64,000 bases of DNA from the NCBI GenBank assembly GCA_038868055.1, contig JAWBXD010000001.1:10425-74424 (forward strand). The letters are read 5' to 3'. The notes below the pieces were generated by a model. That model had not been told where the DNA came from, did not search any database, and was given only the letters and a program-made list of their open reading frames with translations. Position numbers and translations under genes: made by a program. Position 1 is the stretch's first letter, and each line of letters begins with the position of its first letter. Origin of the DNA: Candidatus Bathyarchaeia archaeon (GTDB lineage Archaea > Thermoproteota > Bathyarchaeia > Bathyarchaeales > Bathycorpusculaceae). Shown here piece by piece: positions 8,920-17,968 of the stretch.

Positions 8920-10715
8920 TCTTCCTCGGTTATGGTTGTGGCGCGTACATAGTAGTATTCACCGATCTCCTTTTGATACTTGTCCAGTTTTGAGCCTTCC
9001 TTGTTCACGCGGGGTCTCTTGGTTGTTGGGTCTCTTCTGAAGGTCACTTTCATCTCTTTCAGGAACATGTTCATGCCATCTCTGAGGCTTGTGGGCGGGT
9101 TGGCAAAGCCTTTCACGCCGGGTTCGCCCATGAAAACCATGAGGCGGTCTGCAATAAAGTCTTGGGCGACCACGTCGTGCTCAACCACAAAGGCGGTGGC
9201 GTTGCGGGCTTCCACCACTCGCCTTATGGTGCGCGCCATGTTAAGCCTCTCCTCCACGTCCAAGTAGGCGCTTGGCTCGTCCAAAAGGTAGAGGTCCGCC
9301 TTTTTTGATAAGCATGCGGCTATGGCAACTTTCTGCAGTTCGCCTCCGCTTAGTTCAGCCACGTTTCTGTCGAGAAACTTTTCCAACCCCAGCGGATGAA
9401 GGATTTCAACCTTATACCAGCTTGATGTAAACTCGTCTCTCGCTATGTTCATTAAAAGTTCCTGCACCGTGCCTTGGTATTCCGCCGAAATGTATTGGGG
9501 CTTGTAGCTTACTTCTAGCTGCTTGAACTCTCGCCCATCGTCCGTTTTCTCTAATCCCGCCAAAATTTTAACGAATGTTGTTTTTCCAATACCGTTTGGT
9601 CCAAGGATTCCAACGATTTCGCCTTTTCTGATTTCGCCGGGATAAGCCACAAGCTTAAAGCCCTCATATGTTTTCTCTATTCTATCCCATTTCAGAAGTG
9701 CTTCGCCGCCGAAACTGACTGTTGGCGGTTTTTCATGGAAGATTATGGCTTCCTTTCTGAAGCGTACATTTTCGTCGGGAATATAGCCCTGCAAGTAAAT
9801 GTTTATGCCTGTCCTCACGCCGTGCACGTGAGAGACAATGCCGTAAACGCCAGCCTCGCCGTAGAATATGCATATTTGGTCTGAGAGGTAGTCTATTATG
9901 GCTAGGTCGTGTTCCGCTACAATGATGGTTTTCTCTTCTTTTTTCAGTGTTCTTATAGTTTTGGCGGCTTCAAGCCTCTGTTTAACGTCCAAATAGCTTG
10001 AGGGTTCATCGAAGAGGTATACGTCGGCTTCGCGGCAAATAGCCGCAGCTATGGCAACTCTTTGAAGTTCGCCTCCGCTGAGGGCGTCCAAAGGACGGTT
10101 CCAGATTTTCTTAAGCTCCAGTTGTTCAGCAACGGCGTTTAGCGTTTCGCCCCGTTCATTCACCTTTTCAAGGATTTCGCCAACCTTGCCAGAAACAACC
10201 CTAGGAATTTTATCCACATATTGGGGTTTATGCACAACCTTGAGTTTGCCCTCGCTCATCTTCTGGAAGTAGTCTTGCAGTGTTGAGCCTCTAAAAAAGC
10301 GGATTATCTCGCTCCAGCTTGGCGGGTTCTCATAGTTTCCAAGGTTTAGTCTGATCTCGCCTGAAAGAATTTTCAAAGTTGTTGTTTTTCCAATACCGTT
10401 TTTGCCAAGCAAACCAAGTACTGTGCCAGGTGATGGTGTCGGCAGTCTGTAAAGTTTGAAGGTGTTTGGTCCAAAGCGGTGGGTGCAGTCTTTTTCCAGT
10501 TCGTCCGGCAAGTTTACAATGGATATGGCGTTGAAGGGACATTTTTTAACACAGATTCCACAGCCCGAGCATAAAGCCTCCACAACTAACGGCTTTGTGT
10601 CCTCGAAGCGGATGGCTTCCACGCGACTCCTAACCATTGGACAGAAGCGATGACACTGCTTACCGCAACGTTTGGGCTTGCATTTATCAGCGTCCAGCAC
10701 CGCAACCCGCGTCAT
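8916..10715 (-). CDS. abce1: ABCE1/Rli1 ribosome-recycling ATPase
   Basis: N-terminal FeS clusters (CHRFCP, CSGCGICVKKCP). Two ABC cassettes with GKNGIGKTT/GPNGIGKTT and LSGGELQ signatures. 599 aa. Confidence 0.95.
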   Translation of the reverse strand: MTRVAVLDADKCKPKRCGKQCHRFCPMVRSRVEAIRFEDTKPLVVEALCSGCGICVKKCPFNAISIVNLPDELEKDCTHRFGPNTFKLYRLPTPSPGTVLGLLGKNGIGKTTTLKILSGEIRLNLGNYENPPSWSEIIRFFRGSTLQDYFQKMSEGKLKVVHKPQYVDKIPRVVSGKVGEILEKVNERGETLNAVAEQLELKKIWNRPLDALSGGELQRVAIAAAICREADVYLFDEPSSYLDVKQRLEAAKTIRTLKKEEKTIIVAEHDLAIIDYLSDQICIFYGEAGVYGIVSHVHGVRTGINIYLQGYIPDENVRFRKEAIIFHEKPPTVSFGGEALLKWDRIEKTYEGFKLVAYPGEIRKGEIVGILGPNGIGKTTFVKILAGLEKTDDGREFKQLEVSYKPQYISAEYQGTVQELLMNIARDEFTSSWYKVEILHPLGLEKFLDRNVAELSGGELQKVAIAACLSKKADLYLLDEPSAYLDVEERLNMARTIRRVVEARNATAFVVEHDVVAQDFIADRLMVFMGEPGVKGFANPPTSLRDGMNMFLKEMKVTFRRDPTTKRPRVNKEGSKLDKYQKEIGEYYYVRATTITEEE

Positions 10716-10838
10716 AGTTTTACCAACAACTAACAGCTTTTAGCCACGATTTGTTCGAGTTTTTAAATCAGAAAAAGTGTCCTGCTAAAACTTTTCGGAG
10801 AACAAAGAAATTGGGAAGAGCTTTTTTAGGGCTTGTTT

Positions 10839-10913
10839 TTACCATTCCTCTTCTTCCCACTCTTCTTCTTCCCAGTCTTCCTCTTCCCATTCTTCTTCCT
10901 CTTCAAATATCAT
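10839..10913 (-). CDS. 24-codon micro-ORF encoding MIFEEEEEWEEEDWEEEEWEEEEW
   Basis: Manual reverse translation. The ATG at 10913 is preceded by GGAGGTG (complement of 10921-10927) with a 7-nt spacer. TAA stop at 10841-10839. Four evenly spaced Trp codons sit in a poly-Glu background. Confidence 0.45.
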   Translation of the reverse strand: MIFEEEEEWEEEDWEEEEWEEEEW

Positions 10914-11033
10914 CCTTCTTCACCTCCAGAGATAGGGGTTGGCATATGGAGAGCTTTACAAGAAAATCATAAACGTTTTTATTCGACAAAAGTCGAGAAA
11001 ACACCTTCGAGAGCGGGCCGGGTTTTTAAGTTT

Positions 11034-11993
11034 TTACCTCAAAATTTTTGCCGTTAGAGCTGCTTCTGGTTCTCGCATTTCCGGCGTCAAATACGCCCAG
11101 CACAAGTGTTTGGAGTTATGGGCAGCGCCTATTTCGCCCCTTATGCTTACGGCTATCAAGCCCATTGAATTGTAGATTCCAGCCATCCGTTCATTAACAA
11201 GGTTTATGGCGGCTTCTACAGCCTCTTGGGCTGTCTTTCCGCTTTCCATGTAGTTGCAAACGGTTTTGGCTAGGCAAAGCCTTATGGCAATTTCGCCGAC
11301 GCCTGTGGCTGAACACGCCCCGCTGCGATTGTCCGCGTATGTACCGCACCCTATTAGAGGCGAGTCGCCTATTCTGCCCGGCAACTTAAGCGGAAAACCT
11401 CCCGTTGAGGTTGCAGCTGCTACGTGTCCTTCTTTGTCAAGGGCAACTGCGCCGACGGTTTCCAGGTCGAAAAGCTCCGGATGATTTTTAACCAGTTCTG
11501 CAAGTTTTGGCAGTTCAAACTTTCCTTCAAGCAGGGCTTGCCTCTGCTGTTCATAATATTTCAGCCGGAGTTCTGTGATAGGGTTCCTTCTCTCAAGGTT
11601 AAAAAGTCTCGCAAGTTTTTCTGCCCCTTCCCCCACAACGAAAACGTGGTCTGTGTGCTCCATGACTATTCTTGCAAGTCGAACAGGGTTTCGGATGTCT
11701 CTTAAAAGCCCAGCAGCACCAGCTCTCAAAGTTTTTCCATCCATGACGGAGGCTTCCATCTCAACAGTTTTCTCGATGGTTAGGGCTGAGCCATAACCAG
11801 CATTGAAAACACCTTCATCCTCCAACACGGCGACAGCTTCCACGACAGCGTCAAGGGCGCTTCCACCGTTCAACATGACATCAAAACCGGTTTTAGCAGC
11901 CTTTTTTACTCCCTCAATTCCAGGGTTAACACGTTCCGGATGCCAGTTTCCAGCACCGCCATGTACAACAATCACGGGTTTTCGCGTCTTCAT
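11034..11993 (-). CDS. Isoaspartyl peptidase / plant-type L-asparaginase (Ntn hydrolase)
   Basis: HGGAG at the N-terminus. Autoprocessing/nucleophile region ETVGAVALD, then TSTGG and GDSPLIGCG. Confidence 0.88.
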   Translation of the reverse strand: MKTRKPVIVVHGGAGNWHPERVNPGIEGVKKAAKTGFDVMLNGGSALDAVVEAVAVLEDEGVFNAGYGSALTIEKTVEMEASVMDGKTLRAGAAGLLRDIRNPVRLARIVMEHTDHVFVVGEGAEKLARLFNLERRNPITELRLKYYEQQRQALLEGKFELPKLAELVKNHPELFDLETVGAVALDKEGHVAAATSTGGFPLKLPGRIGDSPLIGCGTYADNRSGACSATGVGEIAIRLCLAKTVCNYMESGKTAQEAVEAAINLVNERMAGIYNSMGLIAVSIRGEIGAAHNSKHLCWAYLTPEMREPEAALTAKILR

Positions 11994-12130
11994 CTCCCTT
12001 CACTCCATAGAGCCGGAAACATTAGAGTTTTCGTTCTCAAATTTAAGCCTAGTGTTGAGGAAAAGCTCGTTTGGTGCGTTCAAGTGCATTTTACGATAAC
12101 CCTTAAATTTTGTGGAGTGGCTTATACATC

Positions 12131-12200
12131 ATGGGATGATGTGAGGCGACGGCTAGGAGCTTTGAGATGCTGTGAAAGCCGACTAACCTGCACTGACCAT
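12131..12200 (+). ncRNA. Weak candidate C/D box sRNA
   Basis: AUGG-G-AUGAUGU...CUGA-CCAU: the terminal 4-bp stem, near-consensus C box and exact D box are correctly placed. Internal D'/C' boxes and the 12-nt spacers are not convincing. Confidence 0.2.
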
Positions 12201-12227
12201 TTGCTGTTTGGCGGAGGAGCATCTCAA

Positions 12228-12752
12228 GTGATTAGGGACTTTAACCTTTTAGCCACAACGTCTCGAGGCAACGAAGATGAGGCATGCTCGGAGCTTTGGT
12301 ATCTTTTAAGCGAGGTCGGCGACTCCGCACCCATAGTTGACAAGACTGGAGTGGCGGGCTTAATAGCCGCTAAAACAGCTTTCAATCCCTTCGAAGTTAT
12401 TGAAAAGTTCCGGCAAATCCTCCGGGAAAGACCATACGAGTTTCGCTACACCTTGCGAGTGATTCCTGTCGAAAAGGTTGTGCGCACAGATTTAGGGGAA
12501 ATCCGGCGAGCAGCCATTGAACTAAGCGCCAAAATTGCGCCAAACGAAAGCTACCGTGTAACCGTTGAAAAGCGTTTCACGGAGACATCCACAAAGGACA
12601 TTATTGAGGCTGCGGCTTCCAACATTGAAAGAAAAGTTAACCTAGAAAACCCAGACAAAATTCTGTTAATCGAGGTTATCGGCGGCTTAACCGGGCTTGC
12701 TGTGATCAAACCAACCGACATTTTGTCCGTGGTGAAAGAGAAGGTTCTGTAG
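12228..12752 (+). CDS. THUMP-domain RNA-binding protein
   Basis: About 174 aa: NLLATTSRGNE...YEFRYTLRVIPVEK...YRVTVEKR...LLIEVIGGLTGLAV, typical of stand-alone archaeal THUMP proteins. GTG at 12228 lies about 9 nt after GGAGGAG. The ORF-track start at 11940 overlaps the asparaginase gene. Confidence 0.6.
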   Translation: MIRDFNLLATTSRGNEDEACSELWYLLSEVGDSAPIVDKTGVAGLIAAKTAFNPFEVIEKFRQILRERPYEFRYTLRVIPVEKVVRTDLGEIRRAAIELSAKIAPNESYRVTVEKRFTETSTKDIIEAAASNIERKVNLENPDKILLIEVIGGLTGLAVIKPTDILSVVKEKVL

Positions 12753-12756
12753 CCTT

Positions 12757-13323
12757 CTAGCGTTCAGCCGCCAAAAGCGCCACTCGCTCAATCACGAGGT
12801 CTATTAGGGCCTCCTCTAGGGTTTTGCTATCTGCAACAGCTTCGATTTCGGCTTCCGAAATTTCGAAAACCTTCCGTAGGTTTGCAACCTTGTTCGGCGT
12901 AACCTCCAAAACATTATCGTCGCGTTCTCCGCCAACAACTTTTGAAACAACATTTAACGCTTCTTCAACTTGAAGGGCGCTTTCGCCTATCAACAGTACG
13001 GCTACAGTCTCAGTGTTTTCCTTTACCCCCAGAACTTCAGCGGCTTTCTTTATTTGTCTCTGCGCTGAAGCATAGAGCAACGCTTCCACAGCTAGGCTTT
13101 TCGAGATGTTTTCGCCGTTTTTGAAGGCTTTTAGGGCATTTAAAGCAGCAAAGTACAAATGTTGCCAAGAAGCCACAAGCCCAGCGTCGAAAAACTGAGC
13201 CTCCGTGTTTTCGCCAGCTGCCTTTCTGGCTTTCTCTAGGAAGGCGTCAACATCTGCTATTTGCACATTTCTAAAGCCTGCGATAACTATATGTTTGCCG
13301 AAATCTTGGACATGTTTCAGCAA
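12757..13323 (-). CDS. cgi121: KEOPS complex subunit Cgi121
   Basis: ALLYASAQRQIKKAAEVLG and GGERDDNVLEV match conserved Cgi121 blocks (compare M. jannaschii ILVRASGQRQIHEAIKIIG / GGEIDDSVLEI, recalled from memory). Confidence 0.75.
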   Translation of the reverse strand: MLKHVQDFGKHIVIAGFRNVQIADVDAFLEKARKAAGENTEAQFFDAGLVASWQHLYFAALNALKAFKNGENISKSLAVEALLYASAQRQIKKAAEVLGVKENTETVAVLLIGESALQVEEALNVVSKVVGGERDDNVLEVTPNKVANLRKVFEISEAEIEAVADSKTLEEALIDLVIERVALLAAER

Positions 13324-13949
13324 GATTCTTCCCCTTGGATTTCCTTCAAGAACCTTTCAACAAGCCTTTTGGACAAGCCGGCTTTCACAAGTTTTTCCGT
13401 TTCTGCCTCCACCGATTTGCCTTTCTCCCTGCACTTTTGAACTATTTTCCTGATGGTTTCCTTTACTTCCCAAGGGAAGACTATCCAGTGGCTTGTCTCT
13501 TTCGCGTAATAATCCGGCTTCACAATGCTCCATGGTTTAAGGTAGAGGGTTGCTATTCGAACCTCGCTTGCTCCTTCGGCTTCCAAATGCTCTTTTATAA
13601 GTTGGAGGCTTTTACCAGTGTCCGCAACCTCGTCCACCACAAGCACCTTCTTGCCAGAAACCCTTACCGAGACAGGCTGGGTAAGCGTTGGCTCGCCCTT
13701 AGTTTCAGCCACACCCACATAAAACTCCGCTTTTACATTGGCGAGATTCGGGTTTTCTAAAAGGTCTGAAAGCACCCTTGCCGGAGGCCACCCGCCTCTG
13801 GAGACTCCGACAATTATGTCTGGTTTAAAGTTGTCTCTGTGGATTTTGTCAGCTATCTGTAGAAGCATATTGTATATTTGATTCCATGTGGGCACTTCAA
13901 ATTTAATTTCTTGACTCAAACGGTTCCTCTCTTGTGTGGCGGCTTTCAA
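13317..13949 (-). CDS. Purine (hypoxanthine/guanine-type) phosphoribosyltransferase
   Basis: PRPP-binding loop VLVVDEVADTGKSL. GVSRGGWPPAR flexible loop. Confidence 0.8.
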   Translation of the reverse strand: MKAATQERNRLSQEIKFEVPTWNQIYNMLLQIADKIHRDNFKPDIIVGVSRGGWPPARVLSDLLENPNLANVKAEFYVGVAETKGEPTLTQPVSVRVSGKKVLVVDEVADTGKSLQLIKEHLEAEGASEVRIATLYLKPWSIVKPDYYAKETSHWIVFPWEVKETIRKIVQKCREKGKSVEAETEKLVKAGLSKRLVERFLKEIQGEESC

Positions 13950-14012
13950 CTTTTCTAGGATTGCTGGCGGTTAATAACTTTAATTAAGCTCAGCATGTGA
14001 TTTAGAAAGGCG

Positions 14013-14942
14013 GTGGAATGTTTGAGGCAGATTATTGAGTGCGTGCCAAATTTTAGCACTTCCGACCCAAAGGTTGTAGAGCGAATTCTAGACGAGCTTA
14101 AAAACACAAAGAACGCCTTTTTGCTGGACTACACCTTTGACAGTTACTATAACCGCTTGGTTGTCTCATTCGTAGGCGACAAACGGGCTGTCCTTGAGGC
14201 TATGTTAAAGATGGCTTCGAAAGCCATACAGCTAATCGATATGCGAACCCATAGGGGGCAACACCCACGCATAGGCGCCGTAGACGTTGTCCCCTTCGTG
14301 CCCATTAAAAACGCCTCCATAGAAGATTGTGTTAAACTTGCCAGAAGATTCGGCAGAGCCCTAGCCGAAAAACATGAAGTGCCCGTCTATCTTTACGGAG
14401 AGGCGGCTACAAAACCCGAAAGGAGAGACTTGGACTGGATAAGGGAAGGCGAATATGAAAGGCTTGCTGAAATGATTGTTAAGCCTGAGAGAAAGCCGGA
14501 CTTTGGCCCTGCAAAACCTCACCCAACGGCTGGCGCCACGATAACGGGTGCCCGCAGGGTTATGGCTGGCTTCAACGTCAACCTCGGAACACCCGATTTG
14601 AAAATTGCAAAGAAAATTGCCAAGGCGTTGCATTCAAAAAAGGGCGGGCTTTCAAATGTTAAGGCTATGGCCGCCTATATTCCAGAGAAAAACATTACCC
14701 AGATTGGGATGAGCATAACGGACTTTGAAGCCACACCCCTCTATAGGGTCTTTGAACTTTTGAAGATTGAGGCTTCCCGTTACAACGTGCCAGTGATAGG
14801 TTCTGAGTTTTGTGGTTTAGCTCCTTTAAAGGCTATTGTGGACGTTGCTTCCTACTATCTGAAAATTGACAACCTAACTGTTGACAAAGTTTTGGAAGTT
14901 GCTATCCAAAACGCTTTAGATCGGAGGAAAAATTTTGAGTAA
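14013..14942 (+). CDS. ftcD: Glutamate formimidoyltransferase (FtcD N-terminal-type)
   Basis: IECVPNFS signature at the N-terminus. HPRIGAVDVVPFVP. 309 aa. Overlaps hutI by 8 nt. Confidence 0.85.
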   Translation: MECLRQIIECVPNFSTSDPKVVERILDELKNTKNAFLLDYTFDSYYNRLVVSFVGDKRAVLEAMLKMASKAIQLIDMRTHRGQHPRIGAVDVVPFVPIKNASIEDCVKLARRFGRALAEKHEVPVYLYGEAATKPERRDLDWIREGEYERLAEMIVKPERKPDFGPAKPHPTAGATITGARRVMAGFNVNLGTPDLKIAKKIAKALHSKKGGLSNVKAMAAYIPEKNITQIGMSITDFEATPLYRVFELLKIEASRYNVPVIGSEFCGLAPLKAIVDVASYYLKIDNLTVDKVLEVAIQNALDRRKNFE

Positions 14943-16263
14943 AGCTGCCAAAAAACAGGCTAAAGAGAAAGCTGACATTATAATTGTTAACGCTAGCGAG
15001 CTTATAACATTGGTTGGTGGAAGCGAAAAACCCCGCACGGGCAACCAGATGCGGGAACTTGGCATAGTAAAAGATGGATGTGTAGCCATAAAGGATGGAA
15101 AGATAATTGCGGTTGGCAAAACAGCCGACATTAGGAAGGCTGTTAGAGGTGAAACGATAATAAACGCTAGTGGAAAAACCGTCATGCCCGGTTTCGTTGA
15201 CCCCCATACGCATTTGATCTTTGCGGGCTCAAGGGAAGATGAGTTTCAAATGAGAGTCGAAGGCGCCTCGTATATAGAGATTTTCAAGGCTGGCGGGGGC
15301 ATACTTAAAACTGTCAGGGAAACACGGAAAGCCGCTCCAGACGAGCTTTTAGGTTTCGGCCTAAACACTTTGGATGTTATGCTCAGCTATGGAACAACGA
15401 CTGTCGAAGCGAAAAGCGGCTACGGTTTGACAACAAAGGATGAACTAAAAATTCTCGGCGTTATAAAACGTTTGAATCAACTGCACGCAGTTGACGTCGT
15501 TCCAACTTTTATGGGTGCCCATGCGGTTCCAGCCGAATACAAGGAAAATCCAGAAGAATACGTCAAACTTGTTGTTGAGGACATGATTCCAAAAGTTTCA
15601 GAAAAGAAGCTTGCGGAGTTCTGCGACGTTTTCTGCGAGAGAGAAGTCTTTACCATCGAACAGTCTAGGCGAATCCTAGAGGCTGGTAAGGCTCATGGTT
15701 TAAGACCTAAAATCCACGCAGACGAAATGAGTGCACTTGGAGGCGCTGAGCTTGCAGCTGATGTTGGAGCTGTCTCCGCCGAACACCTGCTTTGCGCCTC
15801 AGATGGGGGACTTAAAGCTATGGCAGAGAGAGGTGTGATTGCTGTTCTGCTCCCGGCTGCTGCCTTCAGTCTCATGGCTGGGCGTTACGCTGATGCCCGT
15901 AAAATGATTAGCTATGGTATTCCAGTAGCCTTGGGCACAGATTTTAATCCAAGCTGCTGGATTGAAAACCAACAACTGGTCATCTCGTTCGCCTGCCATT
16001 TCATGAGAATGACGCCAGCCGAAGCTATTACAGCCGCCACCATCAACGCTGCCCACGCCATTGGAAGAGCCCATGAGGTTGGTAGCTTGGAAGTTGGCAA
16101 AAAAGCTGATGTAATTGTTTTAAACGTGCCAAACCACAAATTTCTAGGCTACCGTTTCGGCGTTAACTTGGTGGAAAAAGTCATAAAGAATGGTCGGCTA
16201 GTCGTCGACGAGGAGACTAGGCTGGCTGAATCCGTCAAATTTTTCAGCAAAGAATTTGAATAG
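14935..16263 (+). CDS. hutI: Imidazolonepropionase
   Basis: PGFVDPHTHLIFAGSREDEF, metal-binding HADE and GTDFNP motifs of the amidohydrolase-fold HutI. Confidence 0.92.
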   Translation: MSKAAKKQAKEKADIIIVNASELITLVGGSEKPRTGNQMRELGIVKDGCVAIKDGKIIAVGKTADIRKAVRGETIINASGKTVMPGFVDPHTHLIFAGSREDEFQMRVEGASYIEIFKAGGGILKTVRETRKAAPDELLGFGLNTLDVMLSYGTTTVEAKSGYGLTTKDELKILGVIKRLNQLHAVDVVPTFMGAHAVPAEYKENPEEYVKLVVEDMIPKVSEKKLAEFCDVFCEREVFTIEQSRRILEAGKAHGLRPKIHADEMSALGGAELAADVGAVSAEHLLCASDGGLKAMAERGVIAVLLPAAAFSLMAGRYADARKMISYGIPVALGTDFNPSCWIENQQLVISFACHFMRMTPAEAITAATINAAHAIGRAHEVGSLEVGKKADVIVLNVPNHKFLGYRFGVNLVEKVIKNGRLVVDEETRLAESVKFFSKEFE

Positions 16264-16287
16264 AATTAACCTTGAGGGTGAAGTGTC

Positions 16288-17946
16288 TTGTTAAAGATGG
16301 AGAGACCCATAAAATGTATAACTGGACATGAGCTACACTGCAAAAACTGGCAGATTGAAGGCATTCTCCGCATGCTTTTCAATGTCTTGGACCCGGAGGT
16401 AGCTAAAGACCCTGAAAAGCTTATTGTTTATGGTGGGACCGGGAAAGCTGCACGTAACTGGGAATGTTTCGAGAAAATTGTTGAAACGCTTATTGAACTT
16501 GAGCCAGATGAAACCATGCTTATTCAAAGCGGCAAGCCCGTAGCTGTTTTCAAGACCCATGAGTGGGCGCCAAGAGCCCTCATAGTGAACGCTATGCTTG
16601 TGCCGAAATGGGCGACGTGGGATTACTTCTACGAACTTGAACAGAAGGGACTAATAATGTTCGGGCAGATGACAGCCGGCTCATGGGCGTACATTGGCAC
16701 TCAGGGGATACTGCAAGGCACATACGAAACCTTGGCGGCTGTAGCTCGCGAACATTTCGGTGGAACCCTCCGTGGAAGACTTGTTCTCACAGCCGGGCTT
16801 GGCGAAATGGGAGGAGCCCAGCCACTTGCTGTAACCATGAACGAGGGTGTGGCGCTTGTTGTGGAAATAGATAAACGTGCTATTGATAGGCGGATACGCC
16901 ACGGCTACTTGGAAATGTGGACAAGCGACTTGGACGAAGCCATTAAACTGGCTTTGGAAGCTAAAAGGGAAGGCATCCCTCGGAGCATAGGCTTATTGGG
17001 AAACGCAGCTGAGGTGCACCCAGAACTTTTAAAGAGAGGCATTATTCCCGACGTGTTGACAGATCAGACAAGCGCCCACGACCCGCTTAACGGCTATTAT
17101 CCGGCTGGGCTTTCAAAGGAGGAAGCAGACGAACTCCGCAAGAACGATCCTGAAGAGTATTTGCGACGGGCTAGCCAAAGCATGCGCATCCAGGTGGAAG
17201 CCATGGTGAAGATGATGGAGAAGGGCGCCGTAACATTCGAGTACGGCAACAATTTACGTCAGCAAGCCTACAACGCCGGTTTTAAAGACGCCTTCGCCTT
17301 CCCGGGCTTCGTGCAACGCTACATACGGCCCATGTTCTGTGAAGGGCGCGGGCCGTTCCGCTGGACATCGCTTGTCGGCAGCCCAGAGGACATTTACACG
17401 TTGGACGACGTGATCTTGAAAGAATTCTCCTACGACAAAGAGCTTTGCCGCTGGATTGTAAAAGCAAAGGAACAAGTCAAGTTTCAAGGATTGCCAGCCC
17501 GCGTATGCTGGCTGGGCTTCGGCGAACGGGCACGCTTCGGGAAAATAATGAACGACATGGTGGCAAGTGGAAGGCTCTCCGGCCCCATATGGATTGGAAG
17601 AGACCACTTAGACGGCGGAAGCGTTGCATCGCCCAACCGGGAAACAGAAGGCATGCTGGATGGAAGCGACGCAATAGCCGACTGGCCCATATTAAACGCA
17701 TTGTTAAACGCTGTGGCAGGCGCCACGTGGGTAAGCGTCCACCACGGCGGAGGAGTCGGCATAGGCTACAGCATCCACGCTGGCATGTGTCTGGTGGCAG
17801 ACGGTACAAAAGAAGCTGAAAAACGTGTGGTGACAGTACTAACAACGGACCCTGGAACAGCCATTGTTAGACATGCAGACGCTGGCTATGAAAAAGCCAA
17901 GCGGATTGCACGCGAAAAAGGCATAAAAATACCAATGTTAAGATGA
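16288..17946 (+). CDS. hutU: Urocanate hydratase
   Basis: 552 aa. [43 protein letters not shown] and [10 protein letters not shown] (NAD site). Confidence 0.95.
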   Translation: MLKMERPIKCITGHELHCKNWQIEGILRMLFNVLDPEVAKDPEKLIVYGGTGKAARNWECFEKIVETLIELEPDETMLIQSGKPVAVFKTHEWAPRALIVNAMLVPKWATWDYFYELEQKGLIMFGQMTAGSWAYIGTQGILQGTYETLAAVAREHFGGTLRGRLVLTAGLGEMGGAQPLAVTMNEGVALVVEIDKRAIDRRIRHGYLEMWTSDLDEAIKLALEAKREGIPRSIGLLGNAAEVHPELLKRGIIPDVLTDQTSAHDPLNGYYPAGLSKEEADELRKNDPEEYLRRASQSMRIQVEAMVKMMEKGAVTFEYGNNLRQQAYNAGFKDAFAFPGFVQRYIRPMFCEGRGPFRWTSLVGSPEDIYTLDDVILKEFSYDKELCRWIVKAKEQVKFQGLPARVCWLGFGERARFGKIMNDMVASGRLSGPIWIGRDHLDGGSVASPNRETEGMLDGSDAIADWPILNALLNAVAGATWVSVHHGGGVGIGYSIHAGMCLVADGTKEAEKRVVTVLTTDPGTAIVRHADAGYEKAKRIAREKGIKIPMLR

Positions 17947-17968
17947 ACAAACAGAAAAATTTGGGGTT

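Noticed and set aside
10751-11175. Plus-strand ORFs with FLFPFFFLF / LLPTLLLPSLPLP low-complexity translations
   Set aside because: They are antisense or frame-shifted readings of the (GAA)n-TGG repeat that encodes the Glu/Trp micro-ORF on the minus strand, and of the asparaginase 3' end.
11940-12227. N-terminal 96 codons of the ORF-track call 11940-12752
   Set aside because: They overlap the asparaginase start and the intergenic promoter region, and the translation looks non-protein-like. The THUMP homology begins after the SD-preceded GTG at 12228.
17254-17845. Cluster of Arg/Pro/Cys-rich ORFs on both strands inside hutU
   Set aside because: These are alternative-frame artefacts of a locally GC-rich part of a confidently identified urocanase gene.
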